Assembly: GCA_043814095.1 (NCBI GenBank)
Contig: JBDRKI010000031.1
Coordinates: 1-40,660 of the forward strand
DNA length: 40,660 nt
Direction of reading: 5' to 3'
DNA from: Armatimonadota bacterium
Lineage (GTDB): Bacteria; Vulcanimicrobiota; JACPDS01; JBDRKI01
This document shows, piece by piece, positions 27,976-37,642 of the stretch. The position numbers and the translations under genes were made by a program. A model generated the notes under the pieces. The model searched no databases and was not told where the DNA came from. It saw nothing but the letters and a program-made list of their open reading frames with translations. Positions within the stretch are counted from its first letter, which is position 1; each line of letters begins with the position of its first letter.

Positions 27976-28938
27976 ATGAAAGATAAAGAAAAAATAAATA
28001 GCTTAATAAATAAGGTAAGGATGCCCGTGTCTGCCGAAGATATTATAGTTAAGCGCAAAAAGCCTCAAAAAATATCAGACAAACAGCTTAAAAATTTAAT
28101 ACGCGCCCGCACAAGAGTGCTTGATATAAAAGAGCATAAAACACCGGGAGAAGAAGATCTAGCCATTATGCTCATAGAAAACTTATGCCAGCTTAAGCCC
28201 CCGAATAAAAAAATAATTGAACACCTTGCAAAATCATTTAAAAAACTTGAAAAGCTCAACCCTTATTTTCTCCCCCTTATTATGGGTGAGCCCAGTAAGA
28301 ATTTTTCCATATTGATTTATACAACATCCTTAAAAAAAGACTCGGGCCAGCCACTTACCAGTCTTGATGAGCTTAAGGGAAAAACAATTCATTTCGGCAA
28401 TAATAAAGTTATGATACTTCTTAATACATCCGCTCTGGGTTTTTATTCGGAAGATGTGTTCCTTCATGAACTTCTGCATGTTATAGACGATATAATTGTT
28501 CCCAACCCCAAAGACAGAAAAAAATATTTCCATACTTTAATAAATAAAGAATATGACAATATGCTGCATAAAATCTCCGTGGATTACAGAAAAAAACAGA
28601 AAAAAGCTCATATGGAGTTCGCGGACTGGCTGAAAAAAAATTATGTCCCGGAAGACGAAAAAGAACAGTTGAAAGTCCTTAAAAAAGTCATAGAAAAGAT
28701 ATACTACGATAAATACAAACTCTGGGCCGCAGATGAAAACCTTGCCGAGCAGATAGTCCTTGCAAAAAAATTCCTCGGAAAAGAGATAGGCGGCTCTGAA
28801 GAAGTATTCGCATACGGGGTGCAGTTTTACCTGAACCCGCAGAGGAGAAAAATACTTAAAAAGCGGATACCTGAGCTGTATAATCTTTTAAAAGACATAA
28901 TAATACCTGTATTAAAAAAAGCTAAACCTGTGTATTAA
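27976..28938 (+). CDS. Putative zinc metallopeptidase (HExxH gluzincin, ATLF-like C-terminus)
   Basis: FLHELLHVID and EEVFAYGVQFYL..LKKRIPELYNLL. Confidence 0.65.
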   Translation: MKDKEKINSLINKVRMPVSAEDIIVKRKKPQKISDKQLKNLIRARTRVLDIKEHKTPGEEDLAIMLIENLCQLKPPNKKIIEHLAKSFKKLEKLNPYFLPLIMGEPSKNFSILIYTTSLKKDSGQPLTSLDELKGKTIHFGNNKVMILLNTSALGFYSEDVFLHELLHVIDDIIVPNPKDRKKYFHTLINKEYDNMLHKISVDYRKKQKKAHMEFADWLKKNYVPEDEKEQLKVLKKVIEKIYYDKYKLWAADENLAEQIVLAKKFLGKEIGGSEEVFAYGVQFYLNPQRRKILKKRIPELYNLLKDIIIPVLKKAKPVY

Positions 28939-28939
28939 C

Positions 28940-29401
28940 ATGAAAGACAAAAACAATTTAAACTTCATAATTAACGCGCTTTTAACACTATCGCTTGCCT
29001 TAACGGCAGGGATCGGGGTTTTATTAAAATATTTCAGAGAAATATATAAAGCAACAGCCCACGGCGCGGGATTAAACATAACTTTTCTAGGCATGAACCG
29101 CTACAGGTGGGGAAAAATTCATTTTATACTCTCTATTATCTTCATAATACTTCTTCTCATACATATAATTCTGCACTGGAAGTGGATCGCAACCACTTAT
29201 AAAGATATGATTAAAAGTAAAGCTGTAAGAACCGTAATAGGGATAATATTTATAATAACAACTTTACTTGCCTTTCTCTTCCCCTTTATAATCAAACACG
29301 AAACAACAAACTGGACAACTAAAGGATCGCATTCTAAAGTAAGCGGGCGGGGATGTATTAAGTGCCATCCCTCTATTATTGATAATAATATTAAAGAATA
29401 A
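28940..29401 (+). CDS. DUF4405-like membrane protein with C-terminal CxxCH
   Basis: FLGMNR..WGKIHF..LLLIHIILHWKWI; CIKCH. Confidence 0.8.
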   Translation: MKDKNNLNFIINALLTLSLALTAGIGVLLKYFREIYKATAHGAGLNITFLGMNRYRWGKIHFILSIIFIILLLIHIILHWKWIATTYKDMIKSKAVRTVIGIIFIITTLLAFLFPFIIKHETTNWTTKGSHSKVSGRGCIKCHPSIIDNNIKE

Positions 29402-29440
29402 CCCTTAGAGATTATTCTTTTTATTTATATGGAGGTTAAT

Positions 29441-30190
29441 ATGAAAAAACTCGTACTTTTAAGGCACGGTGAAAGCACCTGGAATAAAGAAAACAGGTTC
29501 ACGGGGTGGACCGATGTTGATCTTTCCGAAAAAGGACTGGAAGAAGCGCACGGCGCCGGGCAAACCTTAAAAAAACTCGGCTATACATTTGATATAGCGC
29601 ATACATCTGTATTGAAAAGAGCAATAAGAACATTATGGATTACATTGGAAGAGATGGATCTTACGTGGATACCGGTATATAATTCCTGGCGGTTGAACGA
29701 AAGACATTACGGAGCACTCCAGGGATTAAATAAATCAGAAACAGCACAGAAATACGGCGAAGAACAGGTTCATATATGGAGAAGAAGTTATGATATACCG
29801 CCCCCGCCCCTTACAGAAGACGATCCCCGCTATCCGGGCAGAGATCCAAGATACCATAACTTAACAGAAGATGAACTGCCTTTAACCGAATGCCTTAAAG
29901 ACACCGTAGAAAGGTTTCTCCCTTACTGGCATGATGTAATTGTTCCCCAGGTAAAAGACAATAAAAAAATAATCATAGCAGCGCACGGGAACAGTTTAAG
30001 AGCACTGGTTAAATACCTTGATAACATATCAGATGAAGAGATACCGAAACTAAACATACCTACAGGCGTACCGCTTGTATATGAACTTGATGATGAGACT
30101 CTTAAACCGATAAAACATTATTATCTGGGTGACGAAGAAGCCGTAAAAGCGGCTATGCAGTCGGTCGCAAATCAAGGGAAAGCGAAATAG
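29441..30190 (+). CDS. gpmA: 2,3-bisphosphoglycerate-dependent phosphoglycerate mutase
   Basis: [43 protein letters not shown] before ATG 29441. Confidence 0.98.
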   Translation: MKKLVLLRHGESTWNKENRFTGWTDVDLSEKGLEEAHGAGQTLKKLGYTFDIAHTSVLKRAIRTLWITLEEMDLTWIPVYNSWRLNERHYGALQGLNKSETAQKYGEEQVHIWRRSYDIPPPPLTEDDPRYPGRDPRYHNLTEDELPLTECLKDTVERFLPYWHDVIVPQVKDNKKIIIAAHGNSLRALVKYLDNISDEEIPKLNIPTGVPLVYELDDETLKPIKHYYLGDEEAVKAAMQSVANQGKAK

Positions 30191-30248
30191 CCCGCCATAG
30201 ACGGGCCTCGTACAAGGAGATAGTAATTATATAAATTATGCTTTTTTC

Positions 30249-30542
30249 TTAAAAATCTTCTTCGTCTGTAGAAGCTAAATCTCTTCCCGGTTTAAATAAT
30301 TCTCCTTTATATTTCTTAAACAGTTCAGTAACATCCCTGGTATTTATCTTGTTTTTCTTTCCTAGATCATCATACAAAGCTTCCTGCTCGCTAACTGTTA
30401 ACTCAGCTCCGTATTGATTAATTATTAAGCCAATTAATTCTTCCTTGACATCCGGTCTAAGTGAAGATATATCTATTTCAGCCTTATCCCCTACCGGAAT
30501 ATATTTATGATAATGAAGCCACTCCACTATATTTATTGCCAT
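30249..30542 (-). CDS. Hypothetical protein
   Basis: 97-codon ORF with GGGAG SD; no recognised motif. Confidence 0.65.
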   Translation of the reverse strand: MAINIVEWLHYHKYIPVGDKAEIDISSLRPDVKEELIGLIINQYGAELTVSEQEALYDDLGKKNKINTRDVTELFKKYKGELFKPGRDLASTDEEDF

Positions 30543-30665
30543 AAATATTACTCCCTTAGTTATCCCTATTTTAATTATAAGGGGGGATGGGGATAAATAA
30601 TATCGGTCAAATGGAGTATTTTTGAAAAATAATAGGAAAAGAGCTTACAAATAGTTTAAAATAAG

Positions 30666-30710
30666 ATATATTAAAAGAGCCTTCTATAACAGGAGGCTCT
30701 TTTAATATAT
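30666..30710. terminator. Intrinsic terminator downstream of add
   Basis: ATATATTAAAAGAGCCTTCT-ataac-AGGAGGCTCTTTTAATATAT. Confidence 0.8.
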
Positions 30711-30747
30711 TTATCCTTATATCTTTATATAACTTATATATAATAAC

Positions 30748-32010
30748 CTACACTGCACAGGTTATGCGTTTAAAGGTCTCATCATAGAAATCTATGGCGT
30801 CATGCATATATTTACGGTGTTCTGCGTAAGTGCCCGGGTAGAACGCGCTTTTGAAGCCAGCTATACATACCTGGCGGAGAGTATCTTCATCTATATCATA
30901 TAATTTAACCAGAGTCATATATTCATCGGTAACAGTGGTTCTTGATATAGCCCTGTTATCAGTCGATAATGCAACTCTCAAATTATACTTTAAGAAGTCC
31001 TTTACAGGATGGTTCTTAAGGTCTCTTAAAGCCGGTATTGTATCTGCATTGGATTTTAAGCATACCTCTATCGCAGTACGCTCTCTTGCTAGACGCTCGG
31101 CTATAGTATGCACATAAGCCTTTTTCTCGTCTTCTGTAAGTTCGGTCCCGTCCGGATTTTTAAACTGTATATTCTTCCAGCGGAAAAGCTGTGTCCCGTG
31201 GCCGATCCTTCTCGCATGGCAGTATTTAACCGCATCCATTATGCTTTCAGGTCCGTATGCCTCGCCCGCGTGGCAGGTAGTCTGAATACCGTTATTGTAG
31301 CAGTATTCAAACGCGTCGCCGTGCGCGCCGGCAGGGTAGCCGTCCTCGCGCCCCGCAAGATCAAAACCTACCACAAGGTATCCTTTTTTCATTGAGTCAA
31401 CGGCCAGCTGTGCGATCTCCATCGCGGCCATGGTTGCTAAAGACTGCAGGTCTTTGCCTGTCTGCAGGTTATGGAGCATTGCGTAATAATCCGCAACAGA
31501 AGGGTTAATCATGCGCATCGCGCATAAAATCATGCCGCACCTGTAAGGAAGCTCTCCCTTGATTTTAGCGTTAAACTCATCCATCGCCCTGCGGAGTCCC
31601 TTATCAACCGACTTTATAATCTCTTCCCATCCGAAATCTGGCTTCCAGTGCTTCTGCGGGGCAAAACGGACCTCAAAATAGCGGACGCCTTCGGAAAATT
31701 CATCACAGGCAAACCTGTAGGCAACTTCTTCCAAGGTTTCCGGAGTTCTTAAAACACAGTTTACAAGCTCAAAAGGCATAAGGTATTCAATAAGATTATT
31801 ATATTCTTTTTTGAATACTTTCTCATTTATTTCCTCAACGCTTCCCGTTATAAGATCTTTTATACCGTGTTTTTTTGCTTCTGCGACAATATCAATTTTA
31901 AGCTTATTGGCAAGCTCAACAAAAAGCTTTGCGTCAATCGATCCGTCAAGATGCACATGAAGATCTGTCTTCGGGAGCATTAACATCTGTTCTCTGGTAA
32001 TATTTAACAT
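30748..32010 (-). CDS. add: Adenosine deaminase family protein
   Basis: LPKTDLHVHLDGS, YFEVRFAP, GFDLAG, HAGE, RIGHG, STDN. Confidence 0.92.
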   Translation of the reverse strand: MLNITREQMLMLPKTDLHVHLDGSIDAKLFVELANKLKIDIVAEAKKHGIKDLITGSVEEINEKVFKKEYNNLIEYLMPFELVNCVLRTPETLEEVAYRFACDEFSEGVRYFEVRFAPQKHWKPDFGWEEIIKSVDKGLRRAMDEFNAKIKGELPYRCGMILCAMRMINPSVADYYAMLHNLQTGKDLQSLATMAAMEIAQLAVDSMKKGYLVVGFDLAGREDGYPAGAHGDAFEYCYNNGIQTTCHAGEAYGPESIMDAVKYCHARRIGHGTQLFRWKNIQFKNPDGTELTEDEKKAYVHTIAERLARERTAIEVCLKSNADTIPALRDLKNHPVKDFLKYNLRVALSTDNRAISRTTVTDEYMTLVKLYDIDEDTLRQVCIAGFKSAFYPGTYAEHRKYMHDAIDFYDETFKRITCAV

Positions 32011-32019
32011 AATTCACCT

Positions 32020-32913
32020 CTATATAATTTTTTCAAGCTCAGTTTCTGTTAAGAATCCTTCGGATGCGGATTCTGTTCCTATTTTATAATCCGTAAAAAC
32101 AAGAGCTTTTTTTATTGACCCGTAAGGATCTTTTGTTTTATTATAATAATGGATAAAGCAGGAAAAAAGTGCATCCCCCGCGCCTACCGTATTTACAACT
32201 TTACGGAGATTAACAGCCGGAATTCTTTCACAAAAATTATCTTTCTTGACACAAAGAAGTACCCCTTCTTTCCCAAGCCCTATAACGATTATATCATTGC
32301 CGAACTTATTTATCACCTTTTTTGAAAACTTTTCAGGTGTTTCTTCAAGATTCACATTGCTTAAAAATAATATATCCGCGTATTTCATAAAATCCTGATT
32401 GTATTCATCTCCTATGGAAGTTAAAGCGTGCACATCAGTTGCTATAATTTTACCGGTTTTCTTTGCTTTCTCAAGATGAGGCCTTGAAAAATTAATATTA
32501 CATAATACGGCAATAGATGATTCTGAAAGAGCTTTATCAAATGATTCTGCGGGATATATTATATCCTGTATATCCTTAAGATCCGTATTAATTGCTCTTT
32601 TTCCTTCTTTATCAAATATAATTACGGACTGAGGAGTCCTGGTCATTAAATCAAGAATATAGTCCGTATTTATATTGATTGAAGAAAGCGTGTCTTTAAC
32701 CAGTTTTCCGGCGAAATCTTTACCTATAACCGATGTAAAATTAACGGAATTTCCCAGTACTGTTAAAGCTTTAGTTATATTATACCCAACACCGGATACA
32801 GTGCTGTTTACACCGAAAAAAGGATATCTTACGGGTTCATATTCAATGGGAAAAGAATCAACTTTAAGAGTTGTTTCAATATTTATCAATCCGCTTACAA
32901 GTATCTTATTCAA
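32020..32913 (-). CDS. PfkB-family carbohydrate kinase
   Basis: SGVGYN and VNTVGAGDALF signatures; TTG start with GGAG SD. Confidence 0.9.
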   Translation of the reverse strand: MNKILVSGLINIETTLKVDSFPIEYEPVRYPFFGVNSTVSGVGYNITKALTVLGNSVNFTSVIGKDFAGKLVKDTLSSININTDYILDLMTRTPQSVIIFDKEGKRAINTDLKDIQDIIYPAESFDKALSESSIAVLCNINFSRPHLEKAKKTGKIIATDVHALTSIGDEYNQDFMKYADILFLSNVNLEETPEKFSKKVINKFGNDIIVIGLGKEGVLLCVKKDNFCERIPAVNLRKVVNTVGAGDALFSCFIHYYNKTKDPYGSIKKALVFTDYKIGTESASEGFLTETELEKII

Positions 32914-32996
32914 TCTTATTTACTGCTCCTTAATACAAGGAATTTTCATTATTTTAGCAGAAAACAACAAAAAAAGCAAAAAAGGAGGCAAATAAC

Positions 32997-33344
32997 ATGC
33001 GCGGATTTTTAATAAGATTATTTGTAAGCTGTCTAGCACTTTTAGTGGTTTTATACACCGTGCCCGGGGTAAGCACAAACTCCTGGGTTACAACCCTTGT
33101 GGCTGTTCTTGTCATAAGTTTAATAAACGCCTTTCTAAGGCCTGTTATTATTATCCTCACCCTGCCCATAAACATACTTACCTTGGGAATATTCACCTTA
33201 TTTATCAACGGCTTTATATTTCTCGTAGTTTCTAAGTTTGTGCAGGGCTTTAATGTGGACGGGTTCTGGGGTGCGTTCTGGGCGGCATTAATATTCAGTA
33301 TCGTAAGCGCGTTATTGAATATAATGACAAAAGACGATGAATAA
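32997..33344 (+). CDS. Phage_holin_4_2 / YvlD-family membrane protein
   Basis: NAFLRPV..LTLPINILTLGIF..FING..GF.V.GFW.AF. Confidence 0.9.
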   Translation: MRGFLIRLFVSCLALLVVLYTVPGVSTNSWVTTLVAVLVISLINAFLRPVIIILTLPINILTLGIFTLFINGFIFLVVSKFVQGFNVDGFWGAFWAALIFSIVSALLNIMTKDDE

Positions 33345-34155
33345 AGATTATATAATCCTTGAAGAAAACGGGATTAAATATATTTCCTTTCCCACTTTTG
33401 AAAAAACAAAGCTTGCAAAATGCGTATTTTCCACAAGACAGGGCGGGGCAAGCCCCCCTCCTTATAATACCTTAAACTTAGGATTATCAACCGATGATAA
33501 TATAGATGATGTCATAGAGAACAGGAAAAGATTCAGTAAAATTATAAATAAGCCTATCACAAAACCCCTTTTCCAGATCCACGGCATTGATATAGTGAAA
33601 TTTGATAATTTTGATTATACGGATGATTTTACTAAAGATATCAGGGTAGAGAAGTTCCCTTACGCAGATGGGGTTATAACTAATCTAAAGGGGCTGGGAA
33701 TAAATGTATCCCTTGCGGACTGTATCGCAATTTTTATATTAGACCCTATTAATAAAGCCGCGGGCATAGCCCATTCCGGATGGAGGGGAACAGTAAAAAA
33801 CATAGCCGGCGTGCTTCTTGAAAAAATGAAAAAAGAATATAATACAAAGCCGGAGAATTGCTTATCAGCCGTATCTCCGGGCATAGCAAAATGCTGCTTT
33901 CTCGTAAATGAAGAAGTTTATGAAGAATTTAATAATACATATCCTGAATATAGTGATTTATATACAGAAAAATGGAATAAATATTCCATAGACCTGCATA
34001 ATATAAATAAAAGGCTTCTTTTAAATGAGGGAATAAAAGAAAGTAATATATCTATGGCTGATTTATGCACATCATGCAATAAAGACATTTTCTTCTCGCA
34101 CAGGAGAGATAAGGGCATAACCGGCAGGATGATGGGTATTATTGCATTAACTTAA
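33337..34155 (+). CDS. pgeF: Peptidoglycan editing factor / purine nucleoside phosphorylase (YfiH family)
   Basis: STRQGG, LNLG, QIHG, ADG, ADC, HSGWRG, CTSC, FFSHRR. Confidence 0.93.
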   Translation: MNKDYIILEENGIKYISFPTFEKTKLAKCVFSTRQGGASPPPYNTLNLGLSTDDNIDDVIENRKRFSKIINKPITKPLFQIHGIDIVKFDNFDYTDDFTKDIRVEKFPYADGVITNLKGLGINVSLADCIAIFILDPINKAAGIAHSGWRGTVKNIAGVLLEKMKKEYNTKPENCLSAVSPGIAKCCFLVNEEVYEEFNNTYPEYSDLYTEKWNKYSIDLHNINKRLLLNEGIKESNISMADLCTSCNKDIFFSHRRDKGITGRMMGIIALT

Positions 34156-34183
34156 AGGGCAGCCCTTGTAAGCTGCCTTTTTT
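34154..34183 (+). terminator. Intrinsic terminator after pgeF
   Basis: AAAGGGCAGC-ccttgtaa-GCTGCCTTTTTT. Confidence 0.75.
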
Positions 34184-34187
34184 GCCT

Positions 34188-34329
34188 TTTAAAAGAACAT
34201 ATGCGCCCGCTGTGGATCACCCATGGAAAAGATTTCCCATAACCAAAAATATGGCTAAAGCCGGGGAGACCAAAAAGGTAGCCTAAAGATGAAAATGTGA
34301 CATTTCTAAATTGCTAAGAATAGGACATT
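34188..34329 (+). mobile_element. Right-end relic of an ISNCY/IS1202-like element
   Basis: Frame FKRTYAPAVDHPWKRF...KKVA* (stop 34284-34286) followed by two GACATT motifs at 34299 and 34324. Confidence 0.55.
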
Positions 34330-34386
34330 GAAGTTGGGATATAAATTGGTTATAATATTACCGTGTGGTATAAATAAACAATAAAG

Positions 34387-35397
34387 GTGGGGCAAATGTT
34401 TGTGAAAATTAAAAGATTTATAGCTGTTTTGGTAATCATCGGTTTTCTATTATTAATTATGCATGTGGATGCATTTTCTCAAGAAGGCAACATTGTAATT
34501 CCTAAAGATAAGGTTATTTTAGTTGAGATACTTGATACTATCGATTCCGGTACTAATAAAACAGGCGATAAAGTTCATTTTGAAATAAGAGAAAATGTCG
34601 TTATTAATAATGCTGTGCTGATTCCTTACGGCACCAAGGGGGCAGGCGCTATTGAGGAAGTTCACCGCGCTGGATGTTGGGGCAAAGGCGGATATTTTAA
34701 AATAAGCTTTGGTTCGCTAAAAACTGTAAACGGAGTAAGTGTTCCTGTAGAGATCGGAAAAGCTGCTCAGGGTGCGCAGCAACAGTCAGGAGTTATTTTG
34801 CCTGTTATCGGAGCTTTGATATTCTTGCCTCTTTTGCTGTTCGGATTTACAAAAGGCAAGGAAGCCCATATAGCTGCGGGGACTCAAATGTATGTGAATA
34901 CAAGGAATGATGTGGATATAGGAATTACAGCGGATCAGCTTATTGCTGATTACGGATGTGCCAATACAGCGCAGGATATTTCCGATGGAAAAGATCAAGC
35001 AAAGGATGCGGCAGAGAATAAACCGAAGGATGAAAAAGTATGTGATGTGACTAAGCAGGATAAGCCTCCTTTAAATATTAATGCCGTTATTATTTGTAAA
35101 GAAATAAGTTCTACCGGAGATCCAGTTGGAGTAAATACGGTTTTTTCAAAAGAAACGCAATCTTTAAGTATCTGGTGCTCTTTTGATAAAGTAGAGTCAA
35201 ATGCTTTACTGGAAGGCAAATGGTATTATGATGATAAGTTGATTAAAAATAAACAGCTTTACATTGACGCTGAGAAAGGCGAGAGTTCTATATCTGGAAC
35301 AGTTAATCTTGGCAATCCTTTCTCTGAAGGCGATTGGAAAATTGATTTGTGTGTTAATGGCAAAGTTATCAAAAGCACCTTTTTTAAAATCAAATAA
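34387..35397 (+). CDS. Exported/membrane-associated hypothetical protein (VirB10/TrbI-like beta domain plus Ig-like C-terminal domain)
   Basis: Signal peptide; IDS...GDKV.F.I.ENV...VLIP.GT...G.I pattern, hydrophobic insert, then I.AGT; C-terminal GDWKIDL; start may be 34396. Confidence 0.65.
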   Translation: MGQMFVKIKRFIAVLVIIGFLLLIMHVDAFSQEGNIVIPKDKVILVEILDTIDSGTNKTGDKVHFEIRENVVINNAVLIPYGTKGAGAIEEVHRAGCWGKGGYFKISFGSLKTVNGVSVPVEIGKAAQGAQQQSGVILPVIGALIFLPLLLFGFTKGKEAHIAAGTQMYVNTRNDVDIGITADQLIADYGCANTAQDISDGKDQAKDAAENKPKDEKVCDVTKQDKPPLNINAVIICKEISSTGDPVGVNTVFSKETQSLSIWCSFDKVESNALLEGKWYYDDKLIKNKQLYIDAEKGESSISGTVNLGNPFSEGDWKIDLCVNGKVIKSTFFKIK

Positions 35398-35442
35398 AAA
35401 AGGTTTAAATAATGGTGTTTTTAGTTATTTCTCTGCTGCTAT

Positions 35443-36540
35443 TTAACTTATTCTCTTTTTAAATCTTAAAGAGCTTAATGTAAAGAGGATGCCTCCCAGT
35501 ATAAAAAGGGCTAAAAACTGGGGCCATAATATATCAAAACTGCTTCCTTTTAAGAATACCCCCCTTATTATCACAAGAAAGTATCTTAAGGGGTTAAAAT
35601 ACGTTATATACTGTATTATTTTAGGCATGTTCTGTATCGGGAATATAAAGCCGGATATAAGGACCGCAGGCATGAGTATCATAAATGTGCCCATAAGCGC
35701 CTGCTGCTGGTTTTTAACAATTGTTGATAAAAATAATCCCAGTCCTAAAACAGAGAGCAGATATACAAGCACCCCTAAAATAAGAATGTATAAGTGTCCT
35801 TTTATGGGGACATTGAATATAAATACCCCTGCCACGGTGACAAGAAACATTATCACAAGCGATATAATGGCAAAAGGTATTGTTTTTCCGAGTATAAGCT
35901 CAAATGGTTTTATGGGTGTTACCATAATCTGCTCCATTGTGCCTATCTCACGCTCCCTTACTATAGCCATTGACGTAAGAAGAACGCTGAAAATCATTAT
36001 AAGAAGGGCCATAACCCCCGGAACATTATAGTTCCTGCTTAAAAGAGCCGGGTTATACCAGGCGCGGGTCTCAATATCTATATTAACCTTAACCGGTCTG
36101 ATCTCCGTGCTGTACAGGGCAATAAGGCGCTGGAGATAGCTCATGGCGATAAGGGCGGAGTTTGAATCGGTGCCGTCAACTATAAGCTGGAGGTTGGCGC
36201 TATTTTTAGTTTTAATATCTTTTGTAAAATCCTTATCTATCTGTATGGCGCAGGTACATTTCCCTTCGTTTATGAGATTGTTTATCTCTTGTGTGGATTC
36301 AGGATAATATTTTATATCAAAATAATCGGAAGCGTTAAGTTTGCTTGCAAGAGTACGGCTGTAATAGGATTTATCCATATCGTAAAAAGCTGTAGGCACA
36401 TTTTTAATATCCATATTCACCGCGTACCCGAACACAAGAAGCTGTATGACGGGAGCAATAAAAATAAGGGTGCGCAGGCGCTTGTCGCGGAAGACCTGCA
36501 GGAACTCTTTTATTACTATGCTTTTTATTCTTTCAAACAT
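35443..36540 (-). CDS. ABC-2 exporter permease (YbhR-like)
   Basis: KEFLQVFRD, DGTDSN, WYNP, REREIGTMEQ. Confidence 0.92.
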   Translation of the reverse strand: MFERIKSIVIKEFLQVFRDKRLRTLIFIAPVIQLLVFGYAVNMDIKNVPTAFYDMDKSYYSRTLASKLNASDYFDIKYYPESTQEINNLINEGKCTCAIQIDKDFTKDIKTKNSANLQLIVDGTDSNSALIAMSYLQRLIALYSTEIRPVKVNIDIETRAWYNPALLSRNYNVPGVMALLIMIFSVLLTSMAIVREREIGTMEQIMVTPIKPFELILGKTIPFAIISLVIMFLVTVAGVFIFNVPIKGHLYILILGVLVYLLSVLGLGLFLSTIVKNQQQALMGTFMILMPAVLISGFIFPIQNMPKIIQYITYFNPLRYFLVIIRGVFLKGSSFDILWPQFLALFILGGILFTLSSLRFKKRIS

Positions 36541-37640
36541 TAAGCAACTATCCTTTTAAAACTCTTGTTCGCTATTATAAATACAACTGCCCCGTATAAG
36601 GCCAGGAGCAGGAGTTCAATTATAATAAAATTAAGCGTGCTTCCTTTTAAAAATACGGATTTTAATATATATACAAAATACCTTGCAGGTATTATATAAG
36701 TCACGAGCTGTATGGGTTTCGGCATGTTAGATATGGAAAATGCAAAACCCGAAAGAAGAAGCGCGGGAAGAAATGTTGATACCATGGACATCTGGCTTGA
36801 AAGAAGCTGTGATCTTGTAAGTATTGATATAAATATGCCCCAGCTTAAGCCACCGAAAAGAAAAACGGATGAGGCCAGTATTATAAGCATAAGGGAACCC
36901 TTAAATGTAACCCCGAATATGATAATGCCCACAAACAAAGCTATGCACATATCTATAAAACCTATAAGGAAATAAGGTATAAGTTTGCCGAGTATAATCT
37001 CGTAATTTCTCACCGGGGTGGATATGAGCTGCTCCATTGTACCCCTCTCCCACTCGCGCGAGACGGTTAATGATGTAAGAAGGGCGGCTATTATGGCCAT
37101 TATAACGGCTATAAGACCGGGCACTATAAAATTCCTTGATTTTAATTCCGGATTAAACCAGACTCTCTGCCTTACGTCTATAAGGGGCTTAACTTTAACT
37201 TTTGCAAGGTTATTCATAAATAAGTCCGTTACCCCAAGCACATAACCCTGCGCCACATTTGCGGTATTTGCGTCAGAGCCGTCAAGTATAACCTGGAAAT
37301 GGGCATCCCTCCCTGTCTTAATCTTTTTTGTAAAATCATAAGGTACTGTTATCGCCAGCCAGGCCTTATTTGAATCAAGATATTCGTTAATCTGGTCCTC
37401 ATCATTAATATAATCAATTATGGAGAAATACCTGCTTTTATCAAAACCTGATATAAGCTCCCTGCTTAACCGGCTCTTATCCATATCATAAACTACCGTG
37501 GGGATATTTTTTATGTCAAAAGTTATGGCATAGCCGAAAAGAAATAGCAATATAACGGGAATTAAAAATGCTATCCCTAAAGATAAAGGATCGCGCAGTA
37601 TCTGTATTATTTCTTTTTTGGCTATGGCCCATACTCTCAT
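36540..37640 (-). CDS. ABC-2 exporter permease (YbhS-like)
   Basis: KEIIQILRD, DGSDAN, WFNPEL, REWERGTMEQL. Confidence 0.92.
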   Translation of the reverse strand: MRVWAIAKKEIIQILRDPLSLGIAFLIPVILLFLFGYAITFDIKNIPTVVYDMDKSRLSRELISGFDKSRYFSIIDYINDEDQINEYLDSNKAWLAITVPYDFTKKIKTGRDAHFQVILDGSDANTANVAQGYVLGVTDLFMNNLAKVKVKPLIDVRQRVWFNPELKSRNFIVPGLIAVIMAIIAALLTSLTVSREWERGTMEQLISTPVRNYEIILGKLIPYFLIGFIDMCIALFVGIIIFGVTFKGSLMLIILASSVFLFGGLSWGIFISILTRSQLLSSQMSMVSTFLPALLLSGFAFSISNMPKPIQLVTYIIPARYFVYILKSVFLKGSTLNFIIIELLLLALYGAVVFIIANKSFKRIVA

Positions 37641-37642
37641 AA

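Noticed and set aside
32997-33344. Prophage suggested by a holin-family gene
   Set aside because: The YvlD-type family is commonly chromosomal; no phage structural, integrase or lysin genes are nearby
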